From positions 320,001-384,000 of the forward strand of contig CAWEPK010000012.1 in assembly GCA_963810935.1 (NCBI GenBank): a stretch of 64,000 nucleotides of DNA. Reading direction: 5' to 3'. The notes below the pieces were generated by a model. That model searched no databases, was not told where the DNA came from, and saw only the letters and a list, made by a program, of their open reading frames with translations. Position 1 is the stretch's first letter; every line of letters begins with the position of its first letter. This document shows, one piece after another, positions 43,016 through 50,579 of the stretch. Made by a program: the position numbers and the translations under genes. Origin of the DNA: an uncultured delta proteobacterium (GTDB lineage: Bacteria; Desulfobacterota; Syntrophorhabdia; Syntrophorhabdales; WCHB1-27).

Positions 43016-43367
43016 GAGTCACGCCCGGTCCTTCCTTCTACATCCCCCCTTTGCGCTGCCTCAAACCTGAATAGCCGCTGATTCGGCGGACAATCGTGTC
43101 CTGTTTCCAGGACACAGTCCTGTTTGCAGAACCGGTTCACCTCCATGAGAATCAGTAGACCGGCCGTAATTGCTTGAAAATGCTGGCCGATCTCGCCGCC
43201 TACCATTTTGGCACGCTTCTTGTTATGCACCCAACAGACCGAGCAAAACCAGGATATGAGCTGCACCATTAAACGAGGTCCTGATAGGGCATCAAGGACG
43301 ACGGCATAACTGTGGAGGCTGTGATATTGAAGCAAGACCAATCAAATCCAAACTATGGAGGTTCCTG

Positions 43368-43718
43368 ATGAAACGAGTAGTGTTGGCAGCCACGTTGTTC
43401 TTTTTCACATTGGGGTTCGTGGGACAGGTATTCGCGCAGGAGGCCAGCGGCGCAGAATGGAGCAAGCAGGAGTTCATGAACAAGCTCTCCGCCGCCAAAG
43501 AGATGAAACTGGACGGGACGGTCGTCAGCCACGACCCTGTGTGCCATTGCGTCGTCGTGAAGACGGCAAAGGGAGAGATCACCCTTCAAGACGACTATAC
43601 CAAGTTCATGCAGGACTATAATCAGGCGAAGGGGCTGAAGATAGGCGCCAAGGTAACGGGCATCTATAAAACGGTGAGCCATATCCACTATCTCACCAGC
43701 GTCGAGTACGCCATGTAG
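43368..43718 (+). CDS. Secreted hypothetical protein
   Basis: GGAGG RBS, signal peptide ending VFA, CHC motif. Confidence 0.75.
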   Translation: MKRVVLAATLFFFTLGFVGQVFAQEASGAEWSKQEFMNKLSAAKEMKLDGTVVSHDPVCHCVVVKTAKGEITLQDDYTKFMQDYNQAKGLKIGAKVTGIYKTVSHIHYLTSVEYAM

Positions 43719-43747
43719 CGGCCGCCCGGCCGGTATGCAGCGAGCTA

Positions 43748-43795
43748 TAGAGAGAGGGAGTACGCCTCCCCTCCCTCTCTCTGCTTTTCTTGTTT
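43748..43795 (+). terminator. Putative intrinsic terminator
   Basis: AGAGAGAGGGAG/CTCCCTCTCTCT stem followed by a T-rich tract. Confidence 0.6.
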
Positions 43796-43826
43796 CAGTT
43801 CCGGTCTTTTTTCGGCGACAGGCCCC

Positions 43827-45023
43827 TTAAACCGTGAATATCTCCCTTGGGGTCTTGTGCAGCCGCTTCGCCGCCCCTTTCCTGCCGATAAGGTAATTGT
43901 CCGAGTTGCAGACCCAGAGGCTCGCGGTAGCCACAGTGGGGTGGACCGATATATTCATGTTGGCCCGCATCTTCATCGGCTCGTCGTCCCTGATAGCGGG
44001 CCGCTCGACGACGTCATAGCCCTGGCCGTGGGCAAAGAGCCTCGTCTCCGGAAGCTTTCCCCTCTTTACGAGCAGCGCGTTGTTGGCGTCCCAGATCGCT
44101 TTCGGGTCCGTGCCGGGTATCAGGCGCTCCGCAGCCTGATCCTGGGCCTGCCCGGCAAGCTCGTTGGCGTCAAGCAATTCAGAAGGCGCTTTGCGGCCCA
44201 CGAAAAAGCAGCGGCCTATCTCCCCGTACATGCCGCCCGGGCCGTTCACGCCGACAAGCAAGCTGAACTGGTCGCCTTTCCGGACTACCCGGTTCTGGAA
44301 GTGGCGCGTGCGCACTGCTGCCGGTACCCCTGACGGCGCGGACGCGCCGAGCACAAGCTGTTCCTCGCTCCCCAGCTCGGTCGCCTTCCTTATCACGTCG
44401 GCGATGATCTCGAAGTCCCTCCTGCCCGGCTTGATGATTGTCCTCGCGTAAGCGATGACTTTATCCTGAAGCTCCACTGTCTTCATTATAAAATCGATCT
44501 CTTCCGCGCTCTTGACCGCCTTGATGTTGTCGACGAGCTCTGCCGCCTCGACAAAGCGCGCGCCCGGCAGGTCCTTCCGCAGGTAATAGACGAAGGCCGC
44601 GCTCGTCTGGACTGCGTTGACTACGCCGATCACGCCTTTCTCCCAGGGTTTCAGCGCGGTTGCCGCGAGATGCGCGTCATAGACGCCCGTATAGTAAAGG
44701 CTCGGAAAATATCCGATGCTGAGCCTTTGCTTCGTGCCCCTCACCGCCCACGCGGGAGGGCCGGGGTCGGTAGGCGGCGTGCCCCCGGAGGTGATGCTCG
44801 TCATCTCCGCGTCAAGGGGAAAGACCACCGTCCTGGGATACGAATTGCGCGCCGGGAAATCGGTGAACCACTGGACATACCCGCCCAGGAACTGGTCCCT
44901 GCTCTGCATAACCAGGGCGTCGATGCCCTGCGCCTCCATGGCCTTCCGGACGGCCTTCCAGCGTCTCCTAAGCTCCGCGTTGGACGCGCCCAGAGTCATG
45001 GTCTCTTTCGGGTCGAAGCTCAT
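43827..45023 (-). CDS. M24-family (Xaa-Pro peptidase/creatinase-like) protein
   Basis: IKAVKSAEEI, AHGQGYDVVERP, NISVHP. Confidence 0.8.
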   Translation of the reverse strand: MSFDPKETMTLGASNAELRRRWKAVRKAMEAQGIDALVMQSRDQFLGGYVQWFTDFPARNSYPRTVVFPLDAEMTSITSGGTPPTDPGPPAWAVRGTKQRLSIGYFPSLYYTGVYDAHLAATALKPWEKGVIGVVNAVQTSAAFVYYLRKDLPGARFVEAAELVDNIKAVKSAEEIDFIMKTVELQDKVIAYARTIIKPGRRDFEIIADVIRKATELGSEEQLVLGASAPSGVPAAVRTRHFQNRVVRKGDQFSLLVGVNGPGGMYGEIGRCFFVGRKAPSELLDANELAGQAQDQAAERLIPGTDPKAIWDANNALLVKRGKLPETRLFAHGQGYDVVERPAIRDDEPMKMRANMNISVHPTVATASLWVCNSDNYLIGRKGAAKRLHKTPREIFTV

Positions 45024-45166
45024 GCGATGTTCCCCCTTTATAGTCTCCACCGTCCGGCGATCACCCAACCGTCCGGCATTTCTCAGAAATGCTACCACAA
45101 ACACCCGGAAAAACAAAAGACAAAGAGCGGCAGCGGCAGCAAGCGGGCCGTCGTCTTGCCCTTATC

Positions 45167-45230
45167 CGTCATTCCGTGCCTGACACGGAATCCAGGTTTT
45201 TTCTGGATACCGGCCTTCGCCGGTATGACG
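45167..45230. repeat. Palindromic repeat family B, copy 2
   Basis: CGTCATTCCGTGCCTGACACGGAATCCAG...CTGGATACCGGCCTTCGCCGGTATGACG. Confidence 0.8.
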
Positions 45231-45384
45231 GAGGGTGGGGCCGGTATGAGGGACTGGTGGAGCCGTGCATGAGGACTGGCGGGGCCGTGCAGGACGGACC
45301 AAAGTCATTCAAACTCTTGGGGAACCGTGGTGGGCCGTTTATCCCAAGGGGGACCGGGGTGGGCCGGAGAGAGTTTCGATGGAA

Positions 45385-45464
45385 TTCGCGTTGCTTTTCG
45401 AGGAAGCGGGCCGGAGCATAAGTTTTATGCATGTGAGGACTCGCGCCCGAGGAAACGACGCGAA
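45385..45464. repeat. Palindromic element family A, copy 2
   Basis: TTCGCGTTGCTTTTCG...GTGAGGAC...GAAACGACGCGAA. Confidence 0.75.
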
Positions 45465-45580
45465 GGCCGCGTACGTCTCCCCCCGCGATTAGCTTTTCTA
45501 TATATCGCGGGGCAAAGATCCCGGCCCACGCCGCCCCCCCTCCCATTGAATTCGGCGGACCGTTACCATACACTGTATAC

Positions 45581-46972
45581 ATGAAACGCTACCTGATATT
45601 CGGCATGGTGGGGCTCGGCCTTCTCATGTCCTCCATCGATTCCACCGTGGTCGCCGTCGCCCTGCCCACCTTCATAAAAGACCTCCACACGAACGTCCTC
45701 TGGGCCGCGTGGACCATCTCCCTCTATTTCATCGCCATGACCATGGCGATGCCGCTCATGGGCAACATGAGCGATACTTTCGGCCGGAAGAAAGTCTATG
45801 TCTCCTGCCTGGTCCTCTTTACCGCAAGCTCGCTCGCGTGCGGCCTCGCGCCGAACATCTACGTGCTGATAATCTTTCGGCTTTTCCAGGGCCTGGGCGG
45901 GGCGGGCCTCCTGCCGACCGCATCAGGCATAGTGAGCGACTATTTCCCCGAGAACCGGGACAGGGCCATCGGCCTTTTCACCAGCATTTTCCCTATCGGC
46001 GGCATTATCGGGCCGAACCTCGGCGGATGGGTGGTAACCCGCTTCGGCTGGAGGGACATCTTCTTCATTAATATTCCCATAGGCATAGTCCTGATCGCCG
46101 CGTCCCTGATTATGCTGGAGGACGCGCCCGCCTCCTCCCGGAGCAAGGTCGATTTCAACGGGGCCTTCATGTTCAGCGGCGCGGTCCTCCTCCTCATGCT
46201 CGGGCTCAACTTCTTCGCGGAAAGCAGCCAGGCGGCGTACCACGTCCTGGGCGCGCTTTGCCTCGCGGCGAGCGTCTCCCTCGGCATCGCCTTCTTCTCG
46301 CATGAAAAGGGGCAGCAGAACCCCATCCTCGACCTTGCGCTCCTTCAATCCAAGCCTTTCCTGGCGGCCAATATCGTCAACCTGCTCATAGGGGCGGGGA
46401 TCCTCGGCGTCTTCTCCTTCATACCCCTCTACGCCACGTCCGTCTTCGGTCTCTCCACGATGGTGAGCGGCATGATACTGACGCCCCGATCGGTCGCCAC
46501 GATCGTCGTCTCCGCCATCACCTCCTTTATGCTCCGTCGCAGCGGGTACCGCAAGCCGATGGTCCTGGGGTTCAGCATCGCCACATTAGGCACGCTGCTC
46601 CTCGACGCGACCGGGTTCATCCGGCCCGCTCCCGCCACGATGCTGTCAATGCTGACGCTCCTCGCGGGCGCCGGGGCCGGCATGTCGTTCCCAGCCGCCA
46701 ACAACGCCTGCATCGAGCTTATGCCGGAAAGGGTCTCCACCATAGTCGGCCTTCGCGGCATGTGCAGGACGATAGGCGCGGCCCTCGGGGTCTCCCTTAT
46801 CACCTTCATCCTGCATTCCTCGCCCGACCGGCTGACCGGTTTCAGGATCAGCTTCATAGTCTGCACCGTCATACTCGCCGCCGCGATACCCCTTGTCTTC
46901 CTAATGCCTGCGGCCAAGGGCAACGGAGGGATCGCGCCGTCCGCCCGCCTGGCCGGAGCGCCCGACGCGTAG
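45581..46972 (+). CDS. MFS drug-resistance transporter (DHA2-like)
   Basis: DSTVVAVALP, SDTFGRKK, GPNLGG; many TM helices. Confidence 0.92.
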   Translation: MKRYLIFGMVGLGLLMSSIDSTVVAVALPTFIKDLHTNVLWAAWTISLYFIAMTMAMPLMGNMSDTFGRKKVYVSCLVLFTASSLACGLAPNIYVLIIFRLFQGLGGAGLLPTASGIVSDYFPENRDRAIGLFTSIFPIGGIIGPNLGGWVVTRFGWRDIFFINIPIGIVLIAASLIMLEDAPASSRSKVDFNGAFMFSGAVLLLMLGLNFFAESSQAAYHVLGALCLAASVSLGIAFFSHEKGQQNPILDLALLQSKPFLAANIVNLLIGAGILGVFSFIPLYATSVFGLSTMVSGMILTPRSVATIVVSAITSFMLRRSGYRKPMVLGFSIATLGTLLLDATGFIRPAPATMLSMLTLLAGAGAGMSFPAANNACIELMPERVSTIVGLRGMCRTIGAALGVSLITFILHSSPDRLTGFRISFIVCTVILAAAIPLVFLMPAAKGNGGIAPSARLAGAPDA

Positions 46973-47059
46973 CGCTGCAGGTGTTGAACTCCGATAATGA
47001 TAATTTCCTTGCATTTATACCCCCCGTCTGATGTATGATTTCCCCATAGGGGTTTAAAA

Positions 47060-48334
47060 TTGAATCTCGACATCGCCATTATAGTGCTCCTGTCTATTTA
47101 CGTGGCGCTGATGAGGTGGTACCTTTTCCCCATAAAGTGGCGGCGCCAGGGGCCCAGGCCCCAATACAGCCCTGCCTACGGGAACCTCACGGCGGCCGCA
47201 GCGGGACACGCCGCCTCGTATCCACACGTTGGGATGAGCATGCCCTCTTACGGGTTTGCCCGGCCTTCCGCGCCCGCCCACGCTTTCTGCGAGCGGCGGG
47301 AGGAGGACGATGACGCTCCGGACGAGCCGGAAAAGAGGGTGACGCGGCCGGCAACCCCTGAAAGACGGCCTGCCGAGGCGAAACCGCAGGCAAAACCGGA
47401 AGCCCCGGCGCAGCTCAAACCGCAAGCCCGGACGGAAGCAAAGCCGGAACCGGCCGCCGTAGCCGCGCCAAAACCTGTTCCGGCGCCTGTGAAGGCCGCT
47501 GCCGCACCTGTGAAAGCCTTCCCAACGAAGGCAGCCGGGCAAAAGGGCCTGCCTGCCGGCGTATCACCGCAGCAGTTGAAGGACAAGCTGGCAGTCCCGA
47601 AACCTGCCGGTCAACCCGTCAATGGAGCGTCCCGGCCAGCCAAGCCCGGCGCCCAACAGCCAAAACCTGCGGCGCAGCCGGTAAAGCCTGTATCTCAGCC
47701 TAAACCTGCGGTGCAGCCGATAAAAGTTGCACCTGCACCGAAGAGCACGCTCCTTCAGAAGAAACCGGCTGCAAAACCCCCTGTCACGAACGCAGCGCCG
47801 CAAAAGAAAGCCGCACCGCACTTAGCTAAACCGGCGCCCCGGCCCGCAAAGTCCGCGCCTGCGGTCAAGCTTGCTCGCCGGCCTGTTAAATCGGCTCCGC
47901 AGCCGGTCAAGCCCGCGCCTTCGGCAAAGGTCGCCCCGCCTCCAAAGGCCGCTGCGCCCGCCGCGCCCGCAAATGAAGCCGCGCAGGTCCAGGGCGTTTA
48001 TATCGACAAGCGGGAGGCCCTCAACCTGGCCGGACTCGTGGTCACCGCCATAACGAAGGGCGAGGCCGGAGAGGTATACGGCAGGATGGGCAGGACTTAC
48101 CGCGACGCAGTGACGGAGGACATCCTCGGGGCGATGATCGAGCAGATGAACGCAACCTACGGCGGATCGGCCGCCCGGTCCCCGGAGCGCGGCGAGGCCA
48201 TAGACAGCGGCGCACCCGACGCGGGCTTCACAATCCGTTACTCGGTACGCACAGGAAGCGGCACGTACCCCTTCTTCGTCCAGATAGCCCGCGAGGGCGA
48301 CAGGCTCGTCTGCTCCGATTTCTATTACGGCTGA
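47060..48334 (+). CDS. Membrane-anchored Pro/Ala/Lys-rich protein with a small C-terminal globular domain
   Basis: N-terminal TM, long PAK low-complexity linker. Confidence 0.65.
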   Translation: MNLDIAIIVLLSIYVALMRWYLFPIKWRRQGPRPQYSPAYGNLTAAAAGHAASYPHVGMSMPSYGFARPSAPAHAFCERREEDDDAPDEPEKRVTRPATPERRPAEAKPQAKPEAPAQLKPQARTEAKPEPAAVAAPKPVPAPVKAAAAPVKAFPTKAAGQKGLPAGVSPQQLKDKLAVPKPAGQPVNGASRPAKPGAQQPKPAAQPVKPVSQPKPAVQPIKVAPAPKSTLLQKKPAAKPPVTNAAPQKKAAPHLAKPAPRPAKSAPAVKLARRPVKSAPQPVKPAPSAKVAPPPKAAAPAAPANEAAQVQGVYIDKREALNLAGLVVTAITKGEAGEVYGRMGRTYRDAVTEDILGAMIEQMNATYGGSAARSPERGEAIDSGAPDAGFTIRYSVRTGSGTYPFFVQIAREGDRLVCSDFYYG

Positions 48335-48366
48335 TGCATTATTGGGGTTCAGCACCCCCTCCAGCA

Positions 48367-49015
48367 ATCATCTACCCCCGGCAAAGCCGGGGGTTTGTTA
48401 AAACCGTGAACCGCTCAAAGCGGTTAGTTGTGCGTTAGCTGCCTAAAGGCAGCTATTTGTCCTTCTCAAACAGTTTCATCTGGTCGAGCCTTCGATCTGT
48501 CTCTTCCTGGGCTTGGATGTACGCTCGTATGGCTTGCTCGTCCAACCCTATGGTCGATACGCAATAACCTCTGGCCCAAAAGCTCTGACCTACGAAGTTG
48601 CGTCTCCTGCCGCTCATCCGGGCTATGTAGATCGCGCTCTTCCCTTTGATAAAGCCTACCACCTGGGCAACGGCATACTTTGGGGGAACCGAGAGCAACA
48701 CGTGGACGTGGTCCACTACCAGTTTCCCCTCCAGCACCTCGCTCTCCTTCTGTCGCGCCAGCTCCTTGATGATGGGCCCTATCTCCTTCCTGAGATTTCC
48801 GTAGAGTACCTTTTTCCGGTACTTCGGAATCCACACCACATGATACTTGCAATCCCATACCGTATGACATAAGCTCTGAATATCTTCCACCGAAAGCCTC
48901 CTTAACTCTGCCGACCGCCTAAACGGTTCACGGATACAGGAGGCTTTCCTATATATTCCCGGAATTGTCAAACTCCGGGATTCCCCCGGCAGAGCCGGGG
49001 GTTTACCAGAAGGAA
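48367..49015 (-). mobile_element. IS200/IS605-family element (tnpA only); ends approximate
   Basis: Subterminal hairpins CCCCCGGCAAAGCCGGGGG (~48375) and CCCCCGGCAGAGCCGGGGG (~48983). Confidence 0.9.
48453..48890 (-). CDS. tnpA: IS200-type Y1 HUH transposase
   Basis: YHVVWIPKYR, DHVH, FWARGY, YIQAQ; GTG start with AAGGAGG RBS. Confidence 0.95.
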   Translation of the reverse strand: MEDIQSLCHTVWDCKYHVVWIPKYRKKVLYGNLRKEIGPIIKELARQKESEVLEGKLVVDHVHVLLSVPPKYAVAQVVGFIKGKSAIYIARMSGRRRNFVGQSFWARGYCVSTIGLDEQAIRAYIQAQEETDRRLDQMKLFEKDK

Positions 49016-49294
49016 ATTATTGGGGTTCAGCACCCCCTCACCGGGCAAAGCCCGGCGAGCCTCCCTGCTCGGCGCTGCGCATTCGCTTGCTTTATTACTG
49101 CCGCGCTCGGCACTCGCTCCGGCAGTAATCGGGTTCAACACCACCTCCGGGCGACTTTCCCTCCTTGCGTCGGGCGGGTGCCCCGGCCTTCCCCCGGCGC
49201 GGCGCTCGCATTCGCTCGCTTTATTGCCGCTGAGGTTCAGCGGTAATAATTGGGGTTCAGCACCCGTCGAGCACCAACGGCCCGGCCCTCCCTT

Positions 49295-49572
49295 CAGGGC
49301 AAGCGCATTTGGCAAACCCACTCCAAGGTTCGGAAGCGTACGACACCCTTCCTTAAGCGCATGTGGTGGAACGACCGCGAACCATCGTTGGCGTAGCATA
49401 GCGGTCCCGTAAGGGATGATGTGCGTGCTCGATCTGCCTTTAGCTCGTGCTGCGCCACGCACATCAAGCTATGCGAAGCCTTACGATGGTCGGGAGTGGA
49501 GCCTTTATGCGCGTAGGAACGGGTGTCGTGTGCTTCCGCGTGGGGGCAAAGTTTCCAATTGCGTTTGCCCTG
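49295..49572. mobile_element. 278-bp non-coding MITE-like element folding into a long rod
   Basis: TIRs CAGGGCAAGCGCATTTGGCAAAC / GTTTCCAATTGCGTTTGCCCTG; flanking near-direct repeats GCCCTCCCTT / GCCCTCCCCT; nested internal stems. Confidence 0.7.
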
Positions 49573-49628
49573 GCCCTCCCCTTAACCTTGTGAACGGCCG
49601 TCGAAAACATTATATTGGCATAAAGATC

Positions 49629-50411
49629 ATGCGTTCGATATGGTCAGGCGCCATCAGCTTCGGTCTTATCAACATCCCGGTCAAGCTCTATCCGGCAGTC
49701 GAGGAGCATGCCCTCGACTTCGACATGCTCCGCCGCCAGGACCTTTGCCCCATCCGCTACGCGCGCGTCTGCCGCGACACGGGCGAAGAAGTCCCTTACG
49801 ACGACATCGTCAAGGGATATGAGTACAGGAAGGGGGATTACGTCGTCCTGGAGGACACGGACTTCAAGGCGGCCGCTGCCGGGAAAAGCCAGACGATCGA
49901 TATAAACGAGTTCGTCAACGCGAGCGAGATCGACGCGAAGCTCTTCGAGAAGCCGTACTACCTGGAGCCGTCGAAACAGGCGCGGAACGCCTACGGCCTG
50001 CTGCGGGAGGCGCTAAAGAGAACGGGCAAGGTGGGCGTGGGCCGCTTCGTCCTGCGGAACAGGGAGCGCCCCGTAGCGGTAAGGCCGGAGGGCGACCTGC
50101 TCGTCCTGGAGCAGATGCGTTTTTTAAGTGAGATCAGGGAGCCTGCGGGCCTCGACCTGCCGGCAGCGGGCGACGTGAGCAAGAAGGAATTGGAGATCGC
50201 GATAAAGCTGGTCGACCAGCTCACGGAGGCCTTCGACCCGGAGCGCATGCACGATACGTACAGCGAGCAGCTAAAGAACGTGATCGACCGGAAGGCACAG
50301 GGCAAAAAACCGGAAGCAGCAAAAGAGGCGCCCATACCGGCCGCTGTGCCCGACCTCATGGCGAAGCTGCGCGAAAGCCTGGAACAGGCGAAAAAGCGGA
50401 AGACCGCCTGA
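49629..50411 (+). CDS. ku: NHEJ Ku protein
   Basis: MRSIWSGAISFGLINIPVKL, IVKGYE, KPYYL. Confidence 0.96.
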   Translation: MRSIWSGAISFGLINIPVKLYPAVEEHALDFDMLRRQDLCPIRYARVCRDTGEEVPYDDIVKGYEYRKGDYVVLEDTDFKAAAAGKSQTIDINEFVNASEIDAKLFEKPYYLEPSKQARNAYGLLREALKRTGKVGVGRFVLRNRERPVAVRPEGDLLVLEQMRFLSEIREPAGLDLPAAGDVSKKELEIAIKLVDQLTEAFDPERMHDTYSEQLKNVIDRKAQGKKPEAAKEAPIPAAVPDLMAKLRESLEQAKKRKTA

Positions 50412-50579
50412 CAGGGGGGCGCACCGCTTTTCACGCCTGGAACAGGCGAAAAAGCGAAAAACCGCCTGAAGCAAAGAGCCGGTGCGAGCCCCAGTACTTA
50501 ATGCCTCTTCCTTTTAATGAGGGGGTGGCTCCGCCGGCTGATGCCGGTGGAGGGGGCGACGCTAGCCCCAATAATTGTC

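Larger units (their letters stand above)
48337..49264. repeat. Cluster of REP-like ATTGGGGTTCAGCACC repeats, interrupted by IS200
   Basis: Copies at 48337-48356, 49016-49034, 49126-49142 and 49247-49264; inverted copy at 46980-46999. Confidence 0.8.

Noticed and set aside
42898..43341. 147-aa minus ORF as an intact gene
   Set aside because: Only its end matches the rhodanese remnant; the rest looks non-coding
49016..49264. CRISPR array interpretation of the GGGGTTCAGCACC repeats
   Set aside because: Repeats are short and degenerate, spacers are about 95-105 bp and similar to each other, and no cas genes are in the window
49295..49572. SRP RNA, 6S RNA or integron attC
   Set aside because: No SRP helix-8 motif, no recognisable 6S central-bubble motifs, no proper RYYYAAC/GTTRRRY pair and no integrase; TSD-like flanks favour a MITE
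49416..49628. N-terminal extension of Ku (and 11090-11326 for the alpha subunit, 50517-50579 for LigD)
   Set aside because: Family-typical N-termini start at downstream ATGs
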